The notes beneath the pieces are model-generated. The model did no database searches. It was given only the letters and a program-made list of their open reading frames with translations, and was not told the DNA's origin. Positions 50,036-63,197 of a stretch of DNA of 64,000 nucleotides are shown here, in pieces. The position numbers and the translations under genes are program-made. This DNA is from Camelus ferus (taxonomy: Eukaryota): contig NC_045696.1 in assembly GCF_009834535.1 (NCBI RefSeq), positions 61,258,001 to 61,322,000 on the forward strand. Reading direction: 5' to 3'. Numbering within the stretch: the first letter of the stretch is position 1; each line of letters begins with the position of its first letter.

Positions 50036-51129
50036 AAGGCTTATCCCACCTGCTTGCAGACGAGTGGTCAGCGACTGAGGAGGCCCAGTCAGGCTGGCTG
50101 CCACTGGGCTCTTTCTCCCCACTGAGATTTTGGAACTCATGATGATAGCTGACACCAAGCAAGTGCAACCCCACGCTTAGCCCTTATGCTAACTCAGTCT
50201 TCACAACAGCTCTGTCAGCTGGTGACTAGTTACAGACAAGGAAACCAAAGCAAGAGAAGTGAGGCAACTTGCCTACAGCTGGTAAGTGATGAAATGGGGC
50301 TTTGAACCCAGACCGGCTGGGTAGCTCTGCACGTTAGGACAATGCAACAAGAAGCCTGTCGAACACTCTGGCTGTCGTGTGTTGTCTGAGCTGGGCAGTG
50401 ACAGACCCGTCTGCGGTCTGCTAGCAAAATCCTTCCAAACTGTCATGAGCTCTCCAAAGTTTGTTTCAAAATACCTGTAAGCCTTCCCCTCACCAGCCTT
50501 GGCCCCTAACATACTTTTTATCTTCAAACAAATTCAAAGCTTGTTTGTATTTTTTTTAAATAAAAGTTTAGTTTCTTAGGAATTCTAAAAGAGGATTAAA
50601 AGTAATCAGTATGAGCTGAAGGAATTTTATCTCTAACTTCCTCACTCTGGGGGAATGGGCCCTATTAATATGCTTCAAACGTTGTTGATCTGCCTTGTCT
50701 TTGTCGGCTGTGTCATCCTGTTGGGCCCAGGGTTTTCTCGTTTGTTCTCTTTGATCTGTGGCCATGTGTAGCTAGGGGAGGAGATGAGGGGTGGTGGGGC
50801 TGGTGCTAGTCCAAGAACCAGGCTTGCCACAGTGCAGTCCTGCTCTGCCCACATCCCTGCTCAGGACTCTTTGTCCTCATCTGTGCCGTGAAGGGTCTGG
50901 CCAGATGCTCTGAAGAGCTAGCACACGCCAAGTTCTTTTTGAGGGTTCCTGATCTTTATCAGGCTTTCTCCAACAGCTGCTGATTTTCTGTGGATTGACT
51001 GTTTCCAACATCAGGGTGATTGGTTCCTGCAAAACAAAGAGCCCCTAGAGAAGGTTTGAAACAAAGATGAGAAATTCTTTGGCAAAAAAGCTTGATGCTG
51101 ACTCTGGCTCTCTTTCAGGGGTCTAGTCC

Positions 51130-51550
51130 CTTTGACTGTCTTCAACACTCACCCTTCCTCATGGAGCCCAACCACGTGGATATTTTGTAACCTGCTTGAA
51201 TTCCTCCAGCTCCTACTTCTAGCCCCTTGCATAAATTCTCTCACTGGCTCCCTACTGCCCACTCAGCCAAGTCCAAACATCCTATCCTAGCTCCAGGTTC
51301 CTCCAGATGCCCTCTCATCTCTCAGCCACGTGTGAGTGGGCCCTCGAACCTGCATCCTCCTCCTTGCGTCCATGCCTTTTCACGTGCTGTCCTACTGCCT
51401 GGCATGACCTTCCTTTCCCTGCCTGCCTAGCAAACTCCTACTCATCTTTCAAGACCCTCCTCAAGGGTGTTTTCTGAGAAGCCTTTTATGATCCACCTGG
51501 GTAAAACAAGTCATCCATCCTTTGTGCTCCCACTGTATCCCATGCTGATG
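51130..51550 (+). mobile_element. L2 fragment
   Basis: ggctccctactgcc...gtccaaac...gcctagcaaactcctactcatctttcaagacc. Confidence 0.6.
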
Positions 51551-51569
51551 GCAATGAGCTTTCATTTTA

Positions 51570-51850
51570 TCCATTTGAATGCATTCAGCTGCAAGTAACA
51601 GAACAGCTGACCAATAGTGGCTTAAGCAATAGAAACATTTCATTATCTCTCAGACAGTTGATGGTGGGCTCTTCAGGTTTGGATCAGCAGCTCAGCCTCT
51701 GTCATCAAGGACCTAGGCCCCTTCTCTTCTGTCATCCTCAGTTTGTTGGGTGTGTTTTACCTCATGGCCACAAGATAGTGGCTGTGGCTCCAAATATCAC
51801 ATCATCATACCTCAGCATCCAAGAAGGAAGAAAGAGGGTAGGAAAAAATG
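51570..51850 (-). mobile_element. MLT1 (MaLR) LTR remnant
   Basis: ttcagctgcaagtaacagaac...agtggcttaagcaa...caagatagtggctg...ctcca. Confidence 0.6.
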
Positions 51851-54800
51851 GGCCTTTTACTCCTACACTTGCTCTTGGCCTGCTGATGCCGGTCCTTTCC
51901 TACCCCTTGTCCCTGTACTCTATCTGATGCTCCAGTTTTAACTACTCAAACTAATCAGGCACCTTTAAATGTTCACATTCAAGGCCTGGCCCTCTCAAGT
52001 ACCTCAGGTCAAAGACCTCTTTTGTCCTTAAAAAGCAAAATCAGTCTCACAGTCTGAAAATCTTGAAAGGTTTGACTGTCTGAACATTTATTCATTTTTG
52101 AATAGTTGCATAGTATGTGTGCCTTTTATTGTGAGCCACCTCAAATATGTTTTAGAAGTTGGTGTGGTATAAATAATAAATAAATGAATGAATATCTGGA
52201 AGTGTGGCTGTTTTTATTTAATCCTGGGAAAATCTTGGTTACCTCTGTGATAAGCCCCTCTGGCTGAGTAAACAGGATGGCCTGATCTCTGTCTAGAATC
52301 TAAATACTGCAAGCTAATGTAAAGGGGAAAGGCCGGTGACGGGTGGAGGTGGAGGGCATTTGGGACTTGACCTTGCTTTTTGGTGAAGATTGTTGGATGC
52401 ATAGTGTGTAAACTTCGGAGATGGAAAAGGTCTAAGGCCTCATCACTGACTTCATAGCAACTGCCTGTGTGATGGAAGGATCCCTCTCTCTGGGCCTTAT
52501 TTTCCCAAGTGTATGACAAGGAGTTTGGGCTAGATGGCCTCAAAGGGCCTGTCTGTCTTGGCTGCTATATGTGCACTGGAAAGGGGGTTTATGAGTTGCC
52601 TCCCAAGGAGGTAGTGGGAACAGGCAGTGGGGTCCCTGACCACTTTGTCTCTCAGTCACTGTGGCCTTAACTTCCCACAGGAGCTGGGACAAGGGTTCAC
52701 TACCCACCACCTGCCTTGGAAGGATAGGGTTCCATCTTAAGGCTCTTCTTTCCTTGGCAGGAGGCTCAGCAACAGAGCCTCAGACACGCCTGCTCTGTGC
52801 TCTCGGCTTGGGGACTGCCCCCTCCAGGCTCCAAGTGGCTCAGGCGCCACCCTTTCCCTCCCCTTAACTAGGACACGGGGGGTGCCAGGGGGCAATGGAC
52901 ATCTCTCAGGTGCCTGGGGGATTCAAGGAGATTCATAACTGCAGAGAGAGCAGGCGTGGAGGCTGGAAGCTTGGTGCTCTGGGAGGCAGGGAGGGACTCA
53001 CATTTCCTTGGAGTCTGTCTTTGCTTCCTCTTCACGCATGGCAAGGCCTGGCTTGCTGAAGAGAAGCAGGAAGAGAAGGGAAGGGCTGGGAGAAGTGTTC
53101 TGTCTTCTCACCTGACCCACCTTGCCTTACCTCACCCCAGGTGTGCCTACCAGCAGCATGGCTTTTCAAGACTGAGACTGAAGGGAGGCCAGGAGAGGCT
53201 CCTCACCTTCTCTGACCCGGGCCCCTCCCTTCCCTGCAGCTTTGGCCGCAGTCACAGAGAGGAAGGGGCCACACCTCCGACTAGCCTCCAAACATCAGAG
53301 CCCTTCACCAGGACTCGAACATATCTGAAATTCTGGTCTATTCCAAGTAGTCAGTTGAGCTTTCCTCTCTTTGCCTTTCCGGGTTGAGAGATTAGCTTAT
53401 GACTCCTAAAGGGAAGAATACGCAATTATAGAATAACTTCGAGTCTTCTGTTGACGCTCCAGCCTACACAGAACCTACCTACTTGTTATTTGGTTTCGTT
53501 ACTACAGCAAGTCAGCAAGATGGATCTCATAAGCATTGTCTCCATTTTACAGTTGAGAAAATCAAGGCTCAGAGAGAATATTCATTTTCTGTTCCCGCTG
53601 TGACAAATCAACACATTTAGCAGCTTAAAACCACACACGTGCATCATCTTAGCCTTCTGTAGGTCAGCAGTCCGGGTGGGGAGGACAGAGATGGAGACTC
53701 TCCTGGGCCCCATAAGCGGACTGAGCCATGCAAATCGCCCAGCATCCAAGCCAGGAGGTGGGAACAGCCTGCTTCCAAGTCAGACTCAGCAACGGTTAAG
53801 TTTGTGAGGGTAGCCAGTCAGAACCTCTAGCTTTTTCTGTGTGAGTTACCAGCAGCACAAGCAAGCAAAATCAGAATGGTCTCGTTGGGCCCATGAGGGG
53901 GATCCTGGGAGGTCTATGTAGAGCCAGAGCTGGACCACGGAAGTGATGAGGTGCATGTCATGTGAAACAAAGGTTGTGGCAGTATTATTGGTGTTCCGTT
54001 GTGCAGGAACATTGATTTGATTATGTTTATACACAATAACACACTGTAAGAGGGGCTTTCATGGGCTTAATCCTAATTTGATGTCTTTCCCCTCCAAGTG
54101 CCCTTCCCTATGAGAGTTTAGTCCCCAGCCGAGGAAATCTTAGCAGGATTTCAGGACAGTGTACACCGAGGGGAAGAGGTACCTGCATCTCTACAAGCAG
54201 GTGTTCCAGTCAGCAGCCCATGGGCACTGGCCACGCCCTGCCTGGGGAGCTGGGGCCGCGGGTGCGGCTGCAAGGCCCTTTCCCAGGGTCTTGGGGAGCC
54301 TGCATGCTTGATGGTAAATGATGAGCTGAGAACCCCACAGGGGGACACAGGGTGATGCCAATTGTTCCTATACATATGAATCCAAGTGAAGGAAATCTGA
54401 AAAAAATGAGTGGTTATATTCCAGGACATGGGTTTACCAGTGATGTTTCTTCCTTATAATTCAGATCTATTCCAAGCATATGCATTTTTATATCTTTTAA
54501 AGATTCTATAATGAGAAGAAAGTAATGACAATATTACATTTTCAATAATAGTGGCAGAAAACTTAATTTTGTGTGTGGAAGAACCCCATGAGTGGCATTG
54601 ACAGGAAAGAGGTCTCCAGGGAGGAGTCTCTGCCACCCATCTGTCCCCTTGAGGGTCAGATACCCCGGTGCCTAGAAAGGCTGGCACTTGCTTGGAGTCC
54701 TGGGATGGAGTGCTGCCACTCCCAGATTCTGTGGTCCTGAAATCAATTCTGCATACTAAGCCAATTATCCCTGCACCTGGCAGGCTAAGCCTTGAGTATA

Positions 54801-56341
54801 TTGAATGAACACTAAGCTGATTAGAGTTAGTTGCCTGGGTTTCAATACCTTCCAGGTTTGGGGAAGGTTTTGTTTCCTCTGAGGCTGGATGAGGCCTGAA
54901 GCTCTTCCCCTGGGGATACTGCTCCCTGGAATCATGTGTGCTTGTCCCTCCATTCAACTCACACCCGTCAGGTCGTGCCCCCTAACCCCGACCTCCAGAG
55001 ATTAGATAGTATTTATCTTGGATCGTATTTATCTTTATTTTCTTTTCATTTTTATTATCCAAGTCATTTATTCTTATTGCAGAAATTTTAAGGAAAAAAA
55101 TAAGCAAAAATGTATAAAAATCACTGGTTAATTTGGTTTATTATCCCTCCCCAACTGGAATGCAACTCTACCAGAATTTTCAGCTGTTTTGTTCACTACC
55201 TCTCCCATCAACAATGCCTGGCTACTCAGGTAATTATCAAATGAAAAACAAAGTCACTGTTAACATTAGAAAATTACAGACATTCATTTCAACTTTAAAT
55301 TTAACAGAAGAAAAAGAAAATACTGCAGTACATTTGCTGAACATCAGATTATGGTTCCTAAAAGACCCTTCTACAGTTTAAAGAAAGGTATATGAAAACC
55401 ATCAAGGTTGGAGGCATTCATTTTTTTTTTTTTTTTACTATTCATTTCTTAATGGCCATAAGTTTGAACTTCCAGGCAGTAAAACTTAGTAACTGCTTCA
55501 TAAACATCAGAATAAATATCACTAATATTTAAAGAAACAAACAAACCTTATCTTTTATTTACAAGATCACCAAGAAAAAAAGTAGAAAATATTTTAGAGT
55601 GGTCCCCTAGACGAAAGAAATAGGGGAAGGCAGATCTGTGAGCGAAATATCCTATAACAGCCTCGCTGAGGGGAGAAAGCCACCCATCGTGAAGAGATGA
55701 TGAGAACTACTGAATTTCCTTTGTGGTTCTTTTCACTTCTTTTTAAAAGAAACCAGTACAGGCCTTTAATCACTGGCATGTCTGGAAACATATATATGTG
55801 GGCAGACCTAGCCAGAGAGAAGAGAAAAATGCTCTCTGGCCGCAGCTTCTCCCACCTTCTTCCCCTGCCATCCTCACCTTGGCCTAAGTCTTCCCAACGT
55901 GGCTCCTGGCTTTGTCCCCGCTTCTCCTAGCCCACCCTCAGCTCCTTCCTTCACCCGCATGTTGGTTTCCAAGCCTGGGGATCGGGCTCACCTGAGAAGC
56001 AATAAAAACACAGACTCTACCCCTGCCTCCTTAAGCCCCATCTTTGCAGATCCTGACCTGTAGGTCTGGGTGGGGGTTGGGAGTTTGTCTTTTCTGCAGC
56101 CCCACATGTGATTCTGATCAGCAGGTTCAGGGCCCACTCCATCAGTGTCTTCTATTCCTCTGCACACACCCCAGAACCTACCACAATGCCTGGCAAACCA
56201 CAGGAGTTTAATAAATATGAAACAAAATGAATGAACTGAAGGAAAAAAATTGTTAAGTCCTTGTATATGTGTCCAGAAGTTGGTGTCCCCTCTTCTGATT
56301 TTCACAACCATGTTGTGAAGCAGAGAATAAAGTGGATATTA

Positions 56342-56511
56342 GTGGGGAGGGTACACCTCAGTGGTAGAGCACATGCCCAGCATGCACAAGGTCCTGGGTT
56401 CGATCCCCAGTACCTCCATTAAAAATAAATAAATAAAAACCTAATTATCTCCTCCAACCCCAAACAATTTAAAAATTAATAAATAAAAATTTTTAAATAA
56501 AATTAAAAAAT
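56342..56511 (+). mobile_element. tRNA-derived SINE (vic-1-like) inserted in a MIR
   Basis: A/B boxes, A-rich tail; TSD aataaagtggatatta / aataaagtgcatatta. Confidence 0.9.
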
Positions 56512-58199
56512 AATAAAGTGCATATTATTTTCCCCATTTCACTGAGGCCCAGAGATGAGAAGGAACTTACCCAATGTCACAGATGGAGGGACCAGAGGCT
56601 GCCTCCCTCCACCAGGACAAGTCCTAGAGGCTTAGGGTCAGGGGCAGAGTTTAAGGAGAGGAGAAAGGAATTCCCATCCCCATTACTTAGTCGGTAGAGG
56701 GGAGTTGAGGCAAGGAGGGAAAAACAGGAAAAGGAAGATGAGAAGGAACCAGAAAAGAAGAAGTAGAAGGTTAGAGGTGCCTAAAAGTATGGAAAGGGAA
56801 AGAGACATAAAAAAAACCCAAAAAGCAAGACTCCAGTGTAGGCCCAGGTGGAGACCAGCCAGGCTGATGGAGGAGGCAGGGTGACAGCAGCTTTCTCAGA
56901 GGAAGAGGCAAAGGGAGACAGAGCAGGTTCTAGAGGAAACAGTTCAGAGGGTGTTAAGCCACAAAACCTATCTCTGGGGAGCAGGCATATACCACTTGTC
57001 CCCGAGTTTGATGTTTCCCATGGGGTCAGAGCACTGGGCCCAAAGTCCCCATGGAAAAACACATCCTTCTTCTGACCGTGGCCTCTGCCCCCAGCCTTGT
57101 CCTCTAGGGCTGTGTGTTTAGGCAGCTGCACTGCATTTTTAGAACAATTTTTAACTTGCAGGCTGTACCTGTGGAACCAGAATGTCTGGCCAAGACCAGT
57201 TACATAATATCCTCAGACTTTCTGTTCTCCAAGGGCAACTGCAGATCTGGGCCAAGGCAGGTGTGGGCTGGGCCTAGTCAGAGAGCACAGGAGGGAAAAG
57301 CAAGAGTTGTCTTTCTATCTGGAGGCCTGGTAGGAAGTCCTCCCTCTGGTGAGGGAAAGCTGAATGGGGTGGGACTCAGTCTGAGTCTTCTAACCAGGAG
57401 CCCTTAGAGTGCAGCTTTGTTCTCTTTTACGGCTCCCTAAAGGATTTAGGCTAGATCTAAGAAAGAACCTCACCACTGAGAATCCAAAATATGAACGTGT
57501 TACCATGAAGGTGTGAGTTTTTCTTCTGTACTTATTTAAAGATGATCTCTGATGAATAAAGTCATTCTGTCTGGAGTAGGAGGTAGACTGTATGACTTCT
57601 GGAAGACTGTGTCTGGCTGATGCTTCCTGGTGTGCTGGGCAAATCCCAGGCCCGGACACCCTGGTCCAAACATGCAAGTGCTCCGCTGGAAACAAGACCA
57701 AACCTCAAAAACAGTTTGCAGGATGAAGATGAGGGGCTGAGCTCAATGCAGCCTCTCTGGGCTCCCCAGGGCAGGCCTGAGCAGAGGCAAGGAGACAGCC
57801 ATCAGGGTGGCTGGAATGCATATTGTAGAATCAGCATGAAGCCCATAGAACCCAGAGAAGTGTGTGGGAGATGGAATCCCAGCAAGTCAGCGCTAGCAGG
57901 AATGACAGGGAGCAGCTGGCCCATCCCCTTCATTTTATAGATAGAAGACTGAGAAGTGACTCACTTGCCCACGGTCATGTAGAGAAAGAGGAGGTGATAA
58001 GACTGTTACATCAGCATCAGTGGGGGGCATTAAGGTTCGAGGCATCAAGGTCTTCCAGGAACTTCAGAAGGGCAAAGGTGGGCCAAGCTCTGAAGGCCAC
58101 TGGGGTGGGTTGGAGTTCTCAGCCACAGACAGGCAACCATCAAAGAGGCAGAGTAAGAGCAATCAGTAGGACTTAGGGATGGACAGCCTGGGGCCAAAC

Positions 58200-58980
58200 C
58201 CAGGACCAAAAGTGGCAATGACATCTCTACCCGACCTTTCTTTCCAGCCTCCCAAAGTTACCATCCAACCCTGCCAACCTTCACATAATGCAGGAGCAAG
58301 ACCCTGCCTGCTCACCTTTTGCTTACTAGTCAACCAGCTCCTCAAAGCCTGCTCTGGGCTGTGTGACACCTCTCTCCACTCACATCCATTTCCTCCTCCC
58401 TCCCTTCTTCCCTCCCCTCCATTCACCTGGCTCACAGACAGGCTGAATTTATTTTCACTGACACTGTAGAAGCCCCATTGGCCACATTTACCTGGCCCCA
58501 GGTCACCACCCCCACATTCACCTGGACACCTGCCACAGCCTCCTCATTGGTCCCCTGCTTCCCACCTCTGCTCCTCCAGTCCTCCCCACTTAGCCAGCAA
58601 CTAGGGAGTGTACTAAAACATAGACCTAGTCGTATCACTCCCCTGAAAGCTAGTCATAGTTCCCCAGAGCCTCTAAGATAAAGCACCAACTCCTTGGGAA
58701 AGCATGCAAGTCCTTCATGAACCAAGCTTGCATCTCACCCTTCTGCTCCACGCTCTGTCATCTTGCTCCCAGAGTCCACCAAGCATTCCAAAGCTCTGGC
58801 TTTTGCATGTTTTTTCTTTGCTTGGAATGCTCTTATACCCCTTGGTCCACCTGGGATATCTCCCATTCATCTTTCACATTTCAACCCAAAGCTTCTTCCT
58901 CCAGGAAGCCCTCCCCAATCTCCTCAGGTGGCACCTGCCTTTGCCTCTCTCGGCACTTAACACACGTGCCCTAATCACCC
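58200..58980 (+). mobile_element. L2 fragment(s)
   Basis: cacagcctcctcattgg...ctccagtcc...tcactcccctg...cttggaatgctctt...ctccaggaagccctccc. Confidence 0.6.
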
Positions 58981-58990
58981 ATTTGCCTGG

Positions 58991-59517
58991 TGTGGTAGGT
59001 GGCTGCTAATAGGATGGCTCTCAATGACCCCTGCCTCTTGGTATTTCTCCTTGTGCAATACTCTTCTCTTGAGTGTAGACTAAGTTCACTGACTCCCTTC
59101 TAATGAGAAGAATAAGGCAAAAGTTAGGGTTGGTTACAAAAAGAATGTCTGTGCCCCTGATTTCAGCACCTCTCTCTCTGCCAGAGCCTTCACTCTGGAG
59201 GAAGCACACTGCCATTCTAGAGAAGTCCTATGGAGAGGCCCATGTAGCAAGGAACAGATGTCTCTAGCTAATTGTCAGTAAGGTGGGTCTATTGGCATGT
59301 GAGTAAGCTGGAAGCAAAACTCCCCTCAGTCAGGCCTCTGAGATGATGCCCACCCTAGTGGTAGCTTGATTGGTTTTGGAATGGAGACTGAGTTACAGGA
59401 ACATCCCTAAGCTGTGCCCAGATTCCTGCCCCATCGAAACTGTGAGATAACAAATGCATGTTATTTTAAGCATCTAACTTTTGGGGTAATTCGTTACAGA
59501 GTAAGATAACCAACACA
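58991..59517 (+). mobile_element. MLT1F-like MaLR solo LTR
   Basis: TG...CA ends; aatgacccctgcctcttggtatt...ccagattcctg...gaaactgtgagataa...ttttggggtaattcgttaca...agataaccaacaca. Confidence 0.8.
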
Positions 59518-60428
59518 TGTGTGTTCTCCATTGGCCTTGGGGGCTCCTTGGGGACTGATTTGTTTATCTTTAGATCTGCTGGGGCAGCTCATGAAGGACA
59601 ATGAGAAGATCCTACAAGTTTTGAGGAAGCAGAACCAAACCAAAGCAAAACTACAGGTTTCATACAAAGGATTCAGAATCAGAATTGCCTCACCCTTCTC
59701 AATAGTTCCTCTGGAAGCAAGAACACAATGGAACAAGATCTTCACAATTATGAGGGGAAAGGATGTCCAACCTACAGCAATTAAGTGTGAGTGTGAAACA
59801 GTTTCAGAGAAGATCTCAAACATTTACGCCCCATAAACCCATTTCCCAGGAAACTACTTGAGGATGTGCTCTGGCAAAACAACAGAATAAACCATGAAGA
59901 AGAAGAAATGGAATCCAGGAACCAAGAGCCAATAAAATGAGAAGCAATGGGACTCTCTAGCTGATGGTGAGGAGAGATCCCTGGATAACAGCTGTGGCCA
60001 AGGCCAACAAGGCAACTGGTCCGGACCAGAGCCAATCAGAAGGTCTGTTAGGGAAGATGCAACTGACAGACCACCTAATGTTTCCAACATATTGACTAGA
60101 GATTTGCATCCATGGGAAAGAGTTTGGGGTTGAATTAGTAACAAGTATATAGACTACTAAGCAAATGAAAAATGGAAGACAATTGTTAACTCTAGCAAAC
60201 AAGATGTTATGCCAGAAAAAGTAATCATAGTATACTAGATGAGCTGTGAATAGAGTTTACATAGTCAAAAATATAAACAGTGAAATTGATCTAAACAAAA
60301 TTACAACATAACTAAATGGGGAGGAAGCAAGGATGGGAAGTGTGCTGTGTGGTGGGCACAGGGAGAGTGAAAACGAGCTAAATCCTCACCTTCCACAGTG
60401 AAAAGTCAAGAGATTAAAAATTAGATGA

Positions 60429-60572
60429 ACAGGGAACTATATTCAATTTCTTGTAATAACATACAATGGAAAAGAATCTGAAAAGAAAAAAAATGTATAT
60501 ATATGTATAACTGGATCACTTTGCTGTACACCTGAAAGTAACATTGTAAATCAACTACATTTCAATTAAAAA
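60429..60572 (+). mobile_element. Short L1 3' end
   Basis: acagggaactatattcaat...gatcactttgctgtacacctgaaa...tgtaaatcaactac. Confidence 0.8.
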
Positions 60573-60597
60573 TTTCTTAATTAGCTGAAAAAGTTGA

Positions 60598-61665
60598 TTT
60601 GCACAGCAAAGGAAACCATAAGCAAAACAAAGTGACAATGTATGCAATGGGAGAAAATATTTGCAAATGATGAGACTGACAAAGGTTTAATTTCCAGAAT
60701 ATATAAACAGCTCATATAACTTAATAAGAAAAAAACAAACAACGCAGTCCAAAAATGGGCAGAAGACCTAAACAAGGAATTCTCCAATGAAGACATACAA
60801 ATGGCCAATAGGCACATGAAAAATGCTCAGTATCGCTAATTATCAGAGAAATGCAAATCAAAACTACAATGAGGTGTCACCTCACACCAGTCAGAATGGC
60901 CATCATTCAAAAGTCCACAAATGAAAAATGCTGGAGAGGGTGTGGAGAAAAGGGAACCCTCCCATACTGTTGGTGGGAATGCAGTTTGGTGCAGCCATTA
61001 TGGAAAACAGTATGAAGATTCCTCAAAAAACTAAAAATAGACTTACCATATGATCCAGCAATCCCACTCCTGAGCATATGTCTGGAGGGAACTCTAATTC
61101 GAGAAGATACATGTACCCCAATGTTCATAGCAGCACTATTTACAATAGTCAAGACATGGAAACAACCTACATGTCAACAGATGACTGGATAAAGCAGTTA
61201 TGATATATTTATACAATGGAATACTACTCAGCCATAAAAAAGAATAAAATAATGCCATTTGCAGCAACATGGATGGATCAGGAGATCATCATTCTAAGTG
61301 AGGTAAGCCAGAAAGAGAAAGGAAAATACCATAAGGTATCACTCATATGTGGAATCTAAAAAAAGAAAAAAGAAGACTCTAATGAACTTATCTACAGAAC
61401 ATAGTAAACAATATTATGGTTACTGGGAAAGGGAGTGGGAAGGGATAAATTGGGAGTTTGAGATTCACACTTATTAGTATATACAAAATAGATAAACAAC
61501 AAGTTTCTTCTGTATAGCACAGGGAACTGTACACAATATCTTGTAGTAACCTATAATAAAAAAGGAATATGAAAACGAATATATGTATGTATATGTATGG
61601 CTGAAACATTATGCTGTACACCAGAAATTGACACATCATAAACTGACTATACTTCAATTTAAAAA
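60598..61665 (+). mobile_element. 5'-truncated L1 with 19-bp TSD
   Basis: ORF2 3' remnant and 3' UTR; TSD aattagctgaaaaa(g/c)ttga at 60579-60597 and 61666-61684. Confidence 0.93.
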
Positions 61666-61924
61666 AATTAGCTGAAAAACTTGAAAGTGGTTGCTTCTGA
61701 AGCATTGGAAATGGGATCTGAGTCGCAAGAGACAGTTGTTTTTCACAAGCCTTACAGAAATATTTAACTTGTTGAACTATATACAAGCATAACTCTATTA
61801 AAAATTAACTTTAAATAAAAATATACCACAATTTCTACATATAGATGGTGCTCAATAAATGTCGACCATTACAATTCCTTCTGTGTGAGGTCATCAGACA
61901 GCTTGCTATTCTTGCAGCTGTCTT

Positions 61925-62410
61925 ATTATATATTTCACACTTGATTGCAAATGACCAAGCCTTGACTCAAACTGATGAAAGCATAAAGGGAATTGTATCA
62001 GTAATGGCTGGATCCAGGCATTCACATGATGCGAGCAGAAATCTTTGTCTCCATTTCTTAGCCCTACTTCCTGTGTTGATTTCTTTCTCAAGCAGTCTCC
62101 TCTCCCACCTTGGCCTCCAGTATCTCCAGGTTTCTATCCCACCAGCTTCGTTATCTTAATGGAAGGAGAAGGTCTCTGTCTAGTAGTTGCAACAATATGC
62201 CTGAGATAGACACTCAGTAATCTGGCTTGGGTCAGATGCCCATCCCTGAGCAGATTGCTATGGCCAAAAGATTGAGCACTCTGATTGGCTAAGCCTGAGT
62301 CATATGCCCACCCAGGAACCATGGACAACGTGGGGATGGAGTGGTCTCACCATGGAAATCTGGGTGCTGTTATTAGAAAAAGAGCAGATAAATGCTGCAA
62401 AACCAACAGT
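61925..62410 (-). mobile_element. MLT1K/J-like LTR remnant
   Basis: ttgcaaatgac...ggctggatccagg...tggcttgggtcagatgcccatccctgagc...ctgattggc. Confidence 0.6.
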
Positions 62411-62499
62411 TGTGCCCCGTGCCCAAAGACTGAGGTGGCTGCTCACCATCAGTGCCGAAGCCACTGGTTAGGAACCTTCTCCGCAAACTCTACACCACT

Positions 62500-63190
62500 G
62501 GCCCATTTCCTCTGCTTCATGAGAGCTGTTAGCATTTAAAGATATGCCCCATATTCCCACATCTTCTCATCTCCAGGGAAAGTAAGCCTAGATCCCCTGG
62601 TTTTCCTCGCATAACAGTTTCTGGATCCCTCAGTTTCCTGGCCTTCTTCCCCTACATACTGAGTAGTGTCAAAATACTAAAACGTGGTACCCAGAGCTGA
62701 ATAAAGCATTAGACGTGGCCTGACTAGTCCAGGGGCCCATGGGATGCTTGTCTCATTTCTCCTTGAGAATAGTGCACCCTAAAGACACACTAGCTTTTGT
62801 AGTGACTGCTATATGAGGTACTGTTGGATTATACTCAACTGAGGGCAACACCTTTTATTATATGAGCTATCATTAAGCCAGGGGTTCCTCATTCTGCATC
62901 CCCGCAGTTGGTTCTTTGAATCTAAATAAAGAACTTTGTCCTCATTAAATTTCAACTTACAAAATCTGGTCCATTATTGCAGTTCACTGAGGTGTTTCTG
63001 AATTTAAATCCTGTCTTCAGTACTAGCCTCCTTTCCAGGTTTTGCATAATCCACCTATTTTATTGGCAGATAGTCTCTTTATTTTCATCCAAGAGGATAA
63101 TAAAATGAATTAGGGCCAAGGATCAAGCCCTTTGTCTCACTACCCAAGTCCACGTGATATGTTGTGATTGCTCAATCATCTATGGAGCAA
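62500..63190 (-). mobile_element. L3/CR1-like remnant
   Basis: cttctcatctccagg...aacgtggtacccagagctga...ccaggggcc...gtccattatt pattern. Confidence 0.5.
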
Positions 63191-63197
63191 TCATTTT

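Larger units (their letters stand above)
25976..57570 (-). pseudogene. Putative ancient, heavily decayed multi-exon pseudogene of a large internally repeated protein (possibly mesothelin/stereocilin-related repeat protein)
   Basis: About 25 minus-strand segments in non-repeat DNA, many with polypyrimidine-AG and GT(A/G)AG ends, translating (with stops and frameshifts) to three recurring motif classes; see findings. Family assignment is from recall only. Confidence 0.55.
59590..61810 (+). mobile_element. HAL1-like (L1 ORF1-only) element, interrupted by two younger L1 ends
   Basis: KDNEKILQVLR...VSYKGFRIRIASPFSIVPLEARTQWNKIFTIM resembles the L1 ORF1p C-terminus with no ORF2 following; HAL1-like 3' end resumes after 61684. 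Confidence 0.6.
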
